This document shows, piece after piece, positions 55,174 through 64,000 of a DNA stretch of 64,000 nt (within the stretch, counting starts at the first letter, position 1; every line of letters begins with the position of its first letter). Below the pieces are notes generated by a model. It searched no databases. It saw nothing but the letters and a program-made list of their open reading frames with translations, and was not told the origin of the DNA. This stretch comes from Klebsiella phage vB_KpM_FBKp24. The translations under genes and the position numbers were made by a program. The stretch lies in the sequence record MW394391.1; one strand, written 5' to 3'.

Positions 55174-56004
55174 ATGGTATTGCAAAAAGTCATTTCAGAT
55201 ATTCGCTTTAATATCCCAAAAGAAGTCTTGGAAATCGCTTTCCTCGGAGACTTGGGGTTAGAGCGGCGGAAACCGGGTGCCCTTGACTGGGAGATTCGGA
55301 ACAAAATTATCGATGCTAAAGTTCGCCCTGACTGTAATTTATTAGGGGCTTTAGAAATGAATATCCCATTAGCCAACGCGGAAGTCATCTACGACGCTAC
55401 TGGACTGTACCGTAATACCGTTCGTATACCTAAGTCACTCACTCAAGGTAGAAGTATTGTTAGTGTTTCTTATTTTAACTATTACTACTACACTGGCGCT
55501 ATCGGTCAAGTCGGCGGATACATGGCCAATAACTTTTCCAGTAATACCTGCGGCAATTCCCCGATGATGGCGCAAGCATCCCGTATATTGCAATCTGCGG
55601 CCAACTCCGATTCCACAGGGACAGCAGCTGTTCGTCTTATTGGGGAAAACACGATCGTTGTTAATGACTACATTGGGTCATTACTTCAAGGGTCGTTGGT
55701 TTGTCTTGTTAGCCATGATTCTGAAATGAACTCGATCGGTCCTAAAGCGGTTCCTCAGTTCTCCAAACTCTGCCAATTAGCTTGTAAAGCATACATCTAC
55801 AATACTTTAAAAGTTAAACTCAACGGAGCTTACTTAGCCGGCGGCGCCGAACTGGGGGAAATACAAAACTTTGTTGATAGTTACTCGGATGCTGCGGAGC
55901 AATACGAGGAGTATTTCCGTGAAGAGTGGTCGGCGGTTCAGTTTGCAAATGACGACACACGTAATTCCTGGTACTTACGTAACCTGATCGGCGGCGGCGC
56001 ATAA
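55174..56004 (+). CDS. hypothetical protein 276 aa
   Basis: Plus-strand ORF divergent from phuZ. Terminator at 56012-56040. Confidence 0.6.
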   Translation: MVLQKVISDIRFNIPKEVLEIAFLGDLGLERRKPGALDWEIRNKIIDAKVRPDCNLLGALEMNIPLANAEVIYDATGLYRNTVRIPKSLTQGRSIVSVSYFNYYYYTGAIGQVGGYMANNFSSNTCGNSPMMAQASRILQSAANSDSTGTAAVRLIGENTIVVNDYIGSLLQGSLVCLVSHDSEMNSIGPKAVPQFSKLCQLACKAYIYNTLKVKLNGAYLAGGAELGEIQNFVDSYSDAAEQYEEYFREEWSAVQFANDDTRNSWYLRNLIGGGA

Positions 56005-56048
56005 GCGATTATAAGACTGGGAGTGACTTAGTCACTCCCAGTCTGTAT

Positions 56049-56882
56049 TCAGTGGCACCTTATAACTACGCAGTCCGCATCAAGATCTATTACCGCTGTG
56101 GCATCATTCTCTTTGTCAGTGATCGATAGTCGATACGTTTCCACTGCATTGATATCCTGCATCAAACGATTGGTGTAACTGGTTTCTTCTATTTCCGTCA
56201 CACCCACTACAAAACTGTAACCGCTCACTGCCCCATAGCACATGGCCAAGATTGAGCCTACTACATAATTCCACTCGTCCAGCTTCCAATCGCCGTGGCT
56301 GTAAACGGAAAAGAGGATGCGCGTATTCGTTTCATTCTCGATCAGTAAGAAAGCATCTTTACCAATGAAATGAGGGCTTTCCAGACTGACTACTTGTACG
56401 TATAAGAGCGAGACCCCGGTTAAAGAATCCCTGACTTCAAATCCGTCCTCTATATTCCAGAAGACAAAATAGTCTTTATTGTTCTTCGCCATCATTTCGT
56501 AGTAAGTGATCACTCCATCCTCGTCGAAATAAGGACGAACGTACACCTCTTCGTTACGTAATGGGAAAACCGACCCCTCAGTAATCTCCTTGACTTGGAA
56601 AACGCTTACGATAATCGCGCTTTCGGGTAGGACGCCCATATCTGTTAATAGTACGGAAATTTCCAATAGGGACAGAGATTCGGTATCTATCCCATCAACG
56701 TCTTCAAGGTGTAAAGTCCATACTGAGCTGGTGCTGTCAGGAAAACTCAACGTGATTAAAATGGTATTTGCCCGGAGCGAATCTTTAGTGGGTTGTCCGT
56801 TGATACGGACAACCGCCCCTTTCTTTTCTTTTTCTTCATCGACTGCATCAGTACTTATCTCGGTTTCGCTCATCGCCTGCAT
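56049..56882 (-). CDS. hypothetical protein 277 aa
   Basis: ORF only. Confidence 0.55.
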   Translation of the reverse strand: MQAMSETEISTDAVDEEKEKKGAVVRINGQPTKDSLRANTILITLSFPDSTSSVWTLHLEDVDGIDTESLSLLEISVLLTDMGVLPESAIIVSVFQVKEITEGSVFPLRNEEVYVRPYFDEDGVITYYEMMAKNNKDYFVFWNIEDGFEVRDSLTGVSLLYVQVVSLESPHFIGKDAFLLIENETNTRILFSVYSHGDWKLDEWNYVVGSILAMCYGAVSGYSFVVGVTEIEETSYTNRLMQDINAVETYRLSITDKENDATAVIDLDADCVVIRCH

Positions 56883-56910
56883 AACTACCCCTCAGAGAAA
56901 GAAACGTAAA

Positions 56911-57369
56911 TCAATTCACGACCGTTTGTAACACCGCGCTATCACGCACGCTTTCGAAATAAGTTAATAATGCGCTACTGTCTGGGTTAGCGATTTGAAA
57001 GTTATTCAGGGTATCCTGGAAACCTGCTGAGAAATTACCTAGCTCATCAATAACCAGAAGCTCATTCAACATCCACCAATAACGCCCTTTAATTCGGACG
57101 ATAGCGGGTTGTCCCCAAATTAAACCTTTCATTTCAAAATTATAATGAAGTAAAAGGTTTTCCTCTACTTGATTTAAGAGGGTTCGAATAGGCCCAGCTT
57201 CTTTATTCTTCCTGAGAATACGGTAAACCACTAACTTACCGTCAATAAATAAAACCACGCAGTGACGAATATTTTTAGCCGTCAAAGAAAGTGTCAATAA
57301 AACATCCGTGTCGTTGGTTAACGAAAGATCAAGAAGTTGGCCATCGGTAAAACGAACAATAGTTGTCAT
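56911..57369 (-). CDS. hypothetical protein 152 aa
   Basis: ORF only. Confidence 0.5.
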   Translation of the reverse strand: MTTIVRFTDGQLLDLSLTNDTDVLLTLSLTAKNIRHCVVLFIDGKLVVYRILRKNKEAGPIRTLLNQVEENLLLHYNFEMKGLIWGQPAIVRIKGRYWWMLNELLVIDELGNFSAGFQDTLNNFQIANPDSSALLTYFESVRDSAVLQTVVN

Positions 57370-57397
57370 CTACGCCTCCGGTGGCCGAAAATTGTAA

Positions 57398-58030
57398 TTA
57401 GATTAGGTTCCAGCGTTTTTCCATCAATTCGCTAATACGGTTTTTAATCTCGTTACTTTTAATCCAAGGCGGATTAATGAGGTCAGAGATAACGATCCCA
57501 ATTTTAGGAAGGTTTTTCAGTAGGGTGGTAATTTGCCCCGGTCGTAACCCTTCTACTGGAGTATTGATGTCCAGCTTACAATAATAGCCGAAGTCATTTA
57601 ACTCCTTGTCGAAATACCAGTCCAGTTCCCCGACAAAACCATTCCCTAAATCCACCGCGTAACGTCTTTTCTGATAAAGGCGTTCTCCAAAAGGTAACGC
57701 CATTTCATATTCTTCCTGAGTGATAACCTTTTCCAATTCGATACAACGAGAAGTTAGGGTATTAGGATCATACGGCAGTCGGTATTTTGTCGCCGCCTCG
57801 TAAAGTGTCACATTTGCTGAATTTTCTAAATCGCCGTTAAAAGTTTCAGTACGACGAACACGTACCGTCAGACGTGTGTTATTTTGCGTCATCGCATTCG
57901 TTTCAGATTGCGTGATTTGTAAATAATTTGTCTTGACATCCTTTAATCGGAGATAGGAAGCATCATCGAGTTTAAAGAAGATGGCTACCTCGTTTTCGTT
58001 ACTTTTCTTCTTCCCCATCATGATTCTCAT
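57398..58030 (-). CDS. hypothetical protein 210 aa
   Basis: ORF only. Confidence 0.5.
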   Translation of the reverse strand: MRIMMGKKKSNENEVAIFFKLDDASYLRLKDVKTNYLQITQSETNAMTQNNTRLTVRVRRTETFNGDLENSANVTLYEAATKYRLPYDPNTLTSRCIELEKVITQEEYEMALPFGERLYQKRRYAVDLGNGFVGELDWYFDKELNDFGYYCKLDINTPVEGLRPGQITTLLKNLPKIGIVISDLINPPWIKSNEIKNRISELMEKRWNLI

Positions 58031-58526
58031 TGATCAAATAAGCTTCGTACTCAACGTTCAATTTTGTCAGTAGACGCGGAACAATAGCTTCAATTAATAA
58101 GGTCACTGACAAAGGATCAAAAAGCGGATCTTTTGTCAGCAGTGCATAAATAACGTCAGCGAAGGAACTCTTCTCAATTCTGCTGCGAATATTCGCCCCA
58201 TCACTCAAACGGGTATTTGAAATGTCTATCCCGGTTATACGTAATCTTCCGTTCTCAGAGATAGATAGGGACAAAAAAGAAAGACGCTCCAGTAACCAAG
58301 GCAGGTACGCGCTGCGTACCTGCCTATCGACAATCTTCATTTCCTCCACTTCAAAAATCAAAGGGAAATCAAATTGCTCCGCTTTGACTGGGCAATAACC
58401 CCTCGCCTCCTTCTTCACAAATACATCAGAAAGGGTTTGATTGCGATTGCCCAGAAAGCCGCTAAAACGCAGCGGCTTTTTCAGAATTTCCATGGTAGGG
58501 AGGACTACGAGACTCTGCGTTTTCAT
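57999..58526 (-). CDS. hypothetical protein 175 aa
   Basis: ORF only. Confidence 0.5.
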   Translation of the reverse strand: MKTQSLVVLPTMEILKKPLRFSGFLGNRNQTLSDVFVKKEARGYCPVKAEQFDFPLIFEVEEMKIVDRQVRSAYLPWLLERLSFLSLSISENGRLRITGIDISNTRLSDGANIRSRIEKSSFADVIYALLTKDPLFDPLSVTLLIEAIVPRLLTKLNVEYEAYLINENHDGEEEK

Positions 58527-58586
58527 GACAGTTCCTTTTTAACGTATTCAGACAAAAAGTTCATTATCAATAGACGCAGGATTAAT

Positions 58587-59141
58587 TTAAGAATACATCG
58601 CGATCAGTTTTTCTACAGGGGTAGACTCGAGCAGGTATTTCGCAATAGGCGCCGCCTTAAGTTGCAGCTCCAGTCTTGTGGGTAACGTAATCTTTTTCCT
58701 GATTTGACAACAATCAGTATCGAATGACGCATAAAGGACAATCTTTCCGAGCTCGATACGAAGCCCCGCATTAATCGGTTTGATCGGAAGGTTACTTACG
58801 TGAGGGAGCGTATTCCATTGATCAACAAACCCTCGGACATTTAAGGTATATCCATTATCCGACGTTAAACGCTCAATGTCATGTCCCGTTATCGCAAGAT
58901 AAAGATCGGCGATGTCTACACCTAATTGCGTCATGCAAAAACGCCGACCAGGCTCTTTCATCGCGTATCGCAATACCAGTGTACAGTAATGCTCTTTGAT
59001 GATATTAAATACATCAGTTTTCGCTTCACGCGTTTTAAACGACGTGACTAATGACCCATAATGACGCAACTCATGAATCACTACGCCCTGAGTGACGTAA
59101 CTCTTCGCACGTAATTTCCCGATATCAACGTTATAGTACAT
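58587..59141 (-). CDS. hypothetical protein 184 aa
   Basis: ORF only. Confidence 0.5.
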   Translation of the reverse strand: MYYNVDIGKLRAKSYVTQGVVIHELRHYGSLVTSFKTREAKTDVFNIIKEHYCTLVLRYAMKEPGRRFCMTQLGVDIADLYLAITGHDIERLTSDNGYTLNVRGFVDQWNTLPHVSNLPIKPINAGLRIELGKIVLYASFDTDCCQIRKKITLPTRLELQLKAAPIAKYLLESTPVEKLIAMYS

Positions 59142-59159
59142 GTGGGTTCCTTTTATCGT

Positions 59160-59633
59160 TTAAGCAAAAGCAAAACAAGGAGTGCCGTTAAGGGTGAATG
59201 TATTCTCAACGACAGTCCGAATGATTTTTTCATCCAGATCAGCGCGACACGTCGGTGACGTGATTCGACGTTTATTTAAGCCGTGAATTACCAGTCCCGG
59301 GTCGAGGTCGAATGAAAGATAATCGATCTTTTCTTTTTCATCCTCTAACCACCGGTATTCGTAGTCATATTTTCTCTCGTCGTACTTAACAGGGTGCCGA
59401 GAGGTAATTCTGAATGTCCTCCCAGTGAAGCCATCCTGAAAGGCGTTGTAGAGCTTAAAGATTTCCGTTCTGGCTGTTTCAAGACTGGTCGACTTGTAGT
59501 TGTTGGGGTTAAGGTCAGCTAATAGACGACCGTCTGCTGCGATGATGATGTGACCTTTGTGGATAGTGATTATTTTACCGTCGTCGGTCCGTTGCTGCAG
59601 ACCGCCACATCCTGTTAATTCAAATGTAATCAC
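59160..59633 (-). CDS. hypothetical protein 157 aa
   Basis: ORF only. Confidence 0.5.
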   Translation of the reverse strand: MITFELTGCGGLQQRTDDGKIITIHKGHIIIAADGRLLADLNPNNYKSTSLETARTEIFKLYNAFQDGFTGRTFRITSRHPVKYDERKYDYEYRWLEDEKEKIDYLSFDLDPGLVIHGLNKRRITSPTCRADLDEKIIRTVVENTFTLNGTPCFAFA

Positions 59634-60138
59634 TTAATAACCCTCTAATAAGCTTGAATGGTTCTGGTTGATATCCAACTCCCTCGATTACGTCTGAGGG
59701 ACTGAGGAGGTAAAATTTATTTACTTCGTCTTCTTGCCAGAGAATATGGTCACGATAATCTAATAAACCATCCGGATAGAGTACGTCGTAATACTTCTCC
59801 CCAACCTTCAGTAAAGAGTGGGCAAAGTTCAATTCAGTCGGCAGGTTACTGTCGTAATAAACCTCTTGGAAATAAAATAAACATACCTCAGGGGAATCGG
59901 TACAAAGCTCGACTCCTAGATCAGTAACAGCCAGACAACACCCAGAATAAACTTCACCACAACCTTGATCGACCGAGGCATAGATCCAGATCGCGAAGTC
60001 GTCATCCGTGCGAAACGAAAGTTCTTCAGCACGCCTTCTCATCCAATCGGCAGTGAACTCATCGACATCTAAACTGTTTACCAAGAAAAAGTCTTTGTAG
60101 ACTTTTCGCACTAAGTGTAAATACTCTGATACGGTCAT
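59620..60138 (-). CDS. hypothetical protein 172 aa
   Basis: ORF only. Confidence 0.5.
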   Translation of the reverse strand: MTVSEYLHLVRKVYKDFFLVNSLDVDEFTADWMRRRAEELSFRTDDDFAIWIYASVDQGCGEVYSGCCLAVTDLGVELCTDSPEVCLFYFQEVYYDSNLPTELNFAHSLLKVGEKYYDVLYPDGLLDYRDHILWQEDEVNKFYLLSPSDVIEGVGYQPEPFKLIRGLLSDYI

Positions 60139-60139
60139 G

Positions 60140-60481
60140 TTATTCTATTCTGTCAGTATAATTACCATACCACCATCCGTCAGGGGCAAGAGTGGGTATC
60201 ACTCGACTTCCGCCTTCTGTTGGAATCCAGTCCAGATTGAAGACCAGCTTAGAGGGCCAAGACGCTTCGTTAGCCCGTACCTTTCTTCCGACCGGTTCTT
60301 CTAATGGGTAAAAACGAAATCGAAACATCTCTTTATTTTCTAGTTTTTCAATCACCACCTTTGCATCTGCCCAGCGCTTTCCTTTTCGAATCGCCCGTGA
60401 AAAGGTCGCCGTAATTACTTTACCCTTGCGACGAAATTTCACACAGGGTGTGGTTTTAATTATGCTAATAGGTAATGCCAT
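60140..60481 (-). CDS. hypothetical basic protein 113 aa
   Basis: ORF only. Terminator at 60509-60540 upstream. Confidence 0.5.
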   Translation of the reverse strand: MALPISIIKTTPCVKFRRKGKVITATFSRAIRKGKRWADAKVVIEKLENKEMFRFRFYPLEEPVGRKVRANEASWPSKLVFNLDWIPTEGGSRVIPTLAPDGWWYGNYTDRIE

Positions 60482-60550
60482 TAGAAAATCTCTCCTTAAA
60501 AATTATAGAACCTCTAGAGACGCGTCCGTCTCTAGAGGGGAGTATTTTAT

Positions 60551-61231
60551 TCAGCGATGTGAATGGTTATCCGCAATAGTTATTGGCAGTTGATTTTGGA
60601 ACGCGTATAGCGTGACTTCCTGCTTATAAGCTTTGCGATGATTTGAAACGACGGTGTTGACGTATTGCTTGAATCCGGCAACTGTGCGGGGTTTACCTTT
60701 TTCAGTGTAGAAGAATGCGCGATTACCTGCTGCACCTCCTGCCACCCTTACCGCTAACCGATCGTTTCTTGCCTTCAGTATTTTCACTGCACCGCCGGGT
60801 CCTAACAGATGGGCCATGTAGATTTCATTGATCCCGACCTGACGTTGCAGTGAACGCTCTAAAAACTCTTTGTTCTCCTTCATGTACGCAACAGCCATCA
60901 AGGTATTTGCGCGCGGATTTTTAACACTGGTTCCGGGTTTAACCCCGTATTCTTTACCGTACTTCTTAACCGTGGTACGCCACGTTCGATCCGTGAATCC
61001 GAATAACCCCTTTGCTGAACTTCGTTTATTTTTCATACCCGCGCCCATTGTACTTTCAATGGATGCCATGGTAACCAGATCAATCATTTTAACATCGGTT
61101 TTTTGAGAGACTCGATATAAGGTATCGCTATGCTTTGCAAAGCCTACGCTATTGGTCGAGACAGATGCGGTTGCTGAGGTAGCGAAAACGCTAACGACGC
61201 AAAGGACAAGCGCCCAGAAATAGTTTGGCAT
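60551..61231 (-). CDS. secreted soluble lytic transglycosylase (SLT domain) with signal peptide
   Basis: Signal peptide MPNYFWALVLCVVSVFATSATAS. SLT motifs MASIESTMG (catalytic Glu-Ser) and AKGLFGF (GLMQ-like). Confidence 0.65.
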   Translation of the reverse strand: MPNYFWALVLCVVSVFATSATASVSTNSVGFAKHSDTLYRVSQKTDVKMIDLVTMASIESTMGAGMKNKRSSAKGLFGFTDRTWRTTVKKYGKEYGVKPGTSVKNPRANTLMAVAYMKENKEFLERSLQRQVGINEIYMAHLLGPGGAVKILKARNDRLAVRVAGGAAGNRAFFYTEKGKPRTVAGFKQYVNTVVSNHRKAYKQEVTLYAFQNQLPITIADNHSHR

Positions 61232-61325
61232 TTCTAAAGTTTCCTATTCAAATCAAAAGAAAGCCAGGGTGAACAAGTTACGTATCTCAACGTAACCCTT
61301 CAAGCCCTGACTATAGGAAAGCGTC

Positions 61326-61976
61326 TTAATGGACGTTTCCGGCCCGCTCTTTCATCAGCGGGAATTCCAAATTGGTTCTGAAATTAGTGATCTCGTGATC
61401 AAAGAAACTCACGTAAACTCGCTGAGTATCGACGAGATTCCCGACCACGAAGCGGTAGCTCCCGAGACGAATATGTTCCGCCACAATACTGAATGCGTAG
61501 AGGAGTTCACTCGGGTTAAACGGCGTACTGTTACTGCTCACTACATTGAACGGGTTTTCCCCTGCTATTTCTGTCGCCACGAAGATCTTACTGTCGCCTT
61601 GGTGCCACCACGCATATTTCCCGATACCGTCTTTTACCGTGAGTAGTACAGCGGGATTCTCAGGACGGCTGAGGTCAATGGCGATCTGTTCTACTGACGG
61701 AAAGGTTGCGCAGAGTTCAAAGAGATACCAGAACAGGTCTTTGTGACCTTCTCCAACCGCCTCGTTTAACTGTTCAATGCTCGTTGCTGAACCGTACTGA
61801 CCGATAACACTACTGAATACCGCAGGTTCTTCAGTTAAGTTTGCACCGGGGTGTGCGACGCCTTCAAAGACCTGTTCTTCGCTAGGACTGACCGGCACCG
61901 TTAGGGAGAGAAGGTTAGTAGACTTATCGTGGGTAAACGTCCCTGTCTGATAAATACGAATGTCAGGTTTGCTCAT
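61326..61976 (-). CDS. hypothetical protein 216 aa
   Basis: ORF only. Confidence 0.55.
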   Translation of the reverse strand: MSKPDIRIYQTGTFTHDKSTNLLSLTVPVSPSEEQVFEGVAHPGANLTEEPAVFSSVIGQYGSATSIEQLNEAVGEGHKDLFWYLFELCATFPSVEQIAIDLSRPENPAVLLTVKDGIGKYAWWHQGDSKIFVATEIAGENPFNVVSSNSTPFNPSELLYAFSIVAEHIRLGSYRFVVGNLVDTQRVYVSFFDHEITNFRTNLEFPLMKERAGNVH

Positions 61977-62185
61977 GGGTATTTGTTCTCACTCAGTAAA
62001 GAAAAAGGAGGTACAAAGGAAGAAGGCTTATCGTTAAATTCAAAAATAAACGTCAAGGTCAACGACTTCACCGCTCTACTCTTTAGGAGTAGAGCTCTAA
62101 GGATGGGGACGTAGCCCCTAATACGCACAGGCTTCGCCGTGCGAACTTCAACATAATTAAGTTTAATAATTTAAAAAATGAAAAA

Positions 62186-62596
62186 TCACTTTTCGTAAAG
62201 AGCAATTACCTTAAGAATCTCACTAACCATTGAGGTAGGTAATTTAAAGTCGTTGTTAACCATTTTTTCTTTGAACACGCGAATGTCCTTATTCCCACGA
62301 TCGACAATCAGCCCGAAATGTCCGTTCAACCATTCCAGTTTGGGATTTTTGAGCAGTCGTTTCAGTAAGCGCTGTTCTGGTTCATTAAGTTCAGAAAAGG
62401 TCTTCCGTGGTTTAGTACGAATAAAGAGAGGGCGGCGACTTGGATCAGAAAGGTAATCGTTTAGAAAGTCGAATAGTTCACTTTCCGATAAATAACTTTC
62501 TTCATGGCGATACTGGATAATTTCATCGACACGTACAGGTCTTAACCCAAATGACCGTAGAAACATTCGCGCAACATCGTAATGACGTACTGACAT
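62186..62596 (-). CDS. hypothetical protein 136 aa
   Basis: ORF with the promoter-like motif 30 nt upstream. Confidence 0.5.
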   Translation of the reverse strand: MSVRHYDVARMFLRSFGLRPVRVDEIIQYRHEESYLSESELFDFLNDYLSDPSRRPLFIRTKPRKTFSELNEPEQRLLKRLLKNPKLEWLNGHFGLIVDRGNKDIRVFKEKMVNNDFKLPTSMVSEILKVIALYEK

Positions 62597-62631
62597 TATT
62601 TTCTCCTGTTTAGTGAGGGTTATTCATTAGG

Positions 62632-62642
62632 GTGATATAGTT
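62632..62642 (-). promoter_or_regulatory. promoter-like motif GTGATATAGTT preceded on the minus strand by the terminator hairpin at 62665-62692
   Basis: Same terminator-then-motif-then-start arrangement as the other copies. Confidence 0.4.
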
Positions 62643-62691
62643 CTCTAAACTATTCGAAACAAAAAAAAGAAGGAGGAAACCCTCCTTCTTT

Positions 62692-63057
62692 TTACACAAT
62701 GGGTAAACAAGACAAGAGTCGCTCTGTCACCACTAACGGTGACTTGCGTTTCTTTTCTACTTCTCTACCCAACAAAGCCCGTAATTTGATAGCCTGAACC
62801 CGAGTGAGTTCCCAGACAATTTCATTTCGGGTAATACATTTCCAGAACCCCCAAAAGGAATTCGTGGAAACGTATATGATCTCCTCCTGAGACGCTCTCA
62901 AACGTTCTGAAAGCGTCGGTAAGTCCAAGGTCAATAAATGACCCTCATTACCGCCAACGTCGCCTAAACGCGTATTGAGGGCGTTATATAACGCCCTCAT
63001 TTCTCTTGGCTCAATAATCAGGTCGCGGTAAGCAAATACCTGATAATCACTTAGCAT
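62692..63057 (-). CDS. hypothetical protein 121 aa
   Basis: ORF only. Confidence 0.5.
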   Translation of the reverse strand: MLSDYQVFAYRDLIIEPREMRALYNALNTRLGDVGGNEGHLLTLDLPTLSERLRASQEEIIYVSTNSFWGFWKCITRNEIVWELTRVQAIKLRALLGREVEKKRKSPLVVTERLLSCLPIV

Positions 63058-63412
63058 TTTTGTTCACCGCCATTAAAGGGATTTGTAAGTAGCGCACTTG
63101 GTCGAAGGTCATCACCAGACGTTTGCTGGATTTCTTCGACAGAAAAGCTTCCAATTTTAAGTGCAACCGGAAAGCCTGACTACGACGGATTTGCCAGTAG
63201 CTTTTGTTCCCTAACCAGATGGCCAGTAGACCGTCGTCAACGTTATAAACCCGCATGAGAATATCTTCCCCGCGGTTAGTGCGAATATCTTCACCCAGTG
63301 CGTTATAGAGCTTTTTAGCGTAATAGCGGTTTAATACTAATACCGGCGCAGGGGCGTTTTCTACCGGGCGATTGTCTTCCCATTCTTTGGCAACACGCTG
63401 AGTCATGTTCAT
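63047..63412 (-). CDS. hypothetical protein 121 aa
   Basis: ORF only. Confidence 0.5.
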   Translation of the reverse strand: MNMTQRVAKEWEDNRPVENAPAPVLVLNRYYAKKLYNALGEDIRTNRGEDILMRVYNVDDGLLAIWLGNKSYWQIRRSQAFRLHLKLEAFLSKKSSKRLVMTFDQVRYLQIPLMAVNKNAK

Positions 63413-63457
63413 GTTTTGATTCCTTACGTTAGAATTGGTTTAGGTGAAGGTAAGTGA

Positions 63458-63847
63458 TTATGCGGCAATTGCCATTTTAGCACGGATAGCAGAAGGCATA
63501 TCGTAAACGATTTCTTTTCCCGGCCGTAAAGCTTCTTGACGGGATGCTACTTCGACGCGTACTTTTCCGCGAATTTGAATACCGATGCCCAGTTCTGTTT
63601 TATAAAACTCGATATCCTGATACTTATCGTTAGAGGCTTCAATGGCGTTCAGCAGCAACCATTTGATCTCGCCTTTACGGTTAAAGGAAAGATCCTGCAG
63701 CTGGGAATACAGAGGAAGATATTCGGTTTCCAGCAGCGTTTGTGCCGGAGTATCAACGAACTCAGTTTCGTGATAAAGTGCCCGCAAGAAGCCAGCGATA
63801 CGTGCAGCAGTGATTGCGAGGGTTTGTTTTTCATTGAAAGTGATCAT
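63458..63847 (-). CDS. hypothetical protein 129 aa
   Basis: ORF only. Confidence 0.5.
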   Translation of the reverse strand: MITFNEKQTLAITAARIAGFLRALYHETEFVDTPAQTLLETEYLPLYSQLQDLSFNRKGEIKWLLLNAIEASNDKYQDIEFYKTELGIGIQIRGKVRVEVASRQEALRPGKEIVYDMPSAIRAKMAIAA

Positions 63848-64000
63848 GTTAAATACTCCGGTAGAATGATTGAGGTGGAATGAAACCTTAGGAAATGTTT
63901 TTAACTAACCGCTTGAAGACGGCCGCGTTGGTAGTGAAGCAAACGATATTTACGGGTTCGACGTAACGATTGGTCAACGTGAAGATATAGTCGTCGTATG

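Overview
This window looks like a segment of a jumbo phage genome of the phage-nucleus-forming (Chimalliviridae, phiKZ-like) type, apparently infecting an enterobacterial-type host (about 46% GC, E. coli-like codon usage and tRNA style). It is gene-dense, almost all genes are on the minus strand, and operons are punctuated by many GC-rich hairpin plus T-run intrinsic terminators. Recognisable hallmark genes are: a PhuZ phage tubulin (54120-55088); a probable chimallin/ChmA nuclear-shell protein (43965-45866, codon-optimised); split multisubunit RNA polymerase pieces (beta-prime N-terminal piece with NCDFDGD at 42426-43880; beta C-terminal piece with the GMKGVI...RMN block at 30140-32413); two SF2 DExH helicases; an SbcD/Mre11-like nuclease; an SSB-like protein; two GNAT acetyltransferases; a Poa1p-type macro domain protein; a secreted lytic transglycosylase; a signal-peptide TAXI-type solute-binding protein; and two paralogous classic-clade AAA ATPases flanking a small sigma-region-4-like HTH gene. 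A minus-strand tRNA cluster (Ser, Asn, Asp, Gln, Tyr, Arg, Leu, Met plus an aberrant tRNA-like gene) lies at 9.6-11.1 kb. The most unusual thing I see is at 13977-14078 and 14227-14300: two tRNA-like genes whose halves are in circularly permuted order (T-arm + 3' acceptor + CCA placed 5' of the matching 5' acceptor strand + D-arm). Other non-obvious signals are a recurring promoter-like motif (TATATATCAC read in the gene direction) just downstream of terminators and upstream of many gene starts, long-range helices in the leader of the solute-binding-protein gene, a pseudoknot-capable GC-rich element beside the tRNA cluster, and a co-directional array of about 11 small overlapping genes (49.5-53.9 kb). 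No CRISPR array, rRNA, integrase or transposase was seen.
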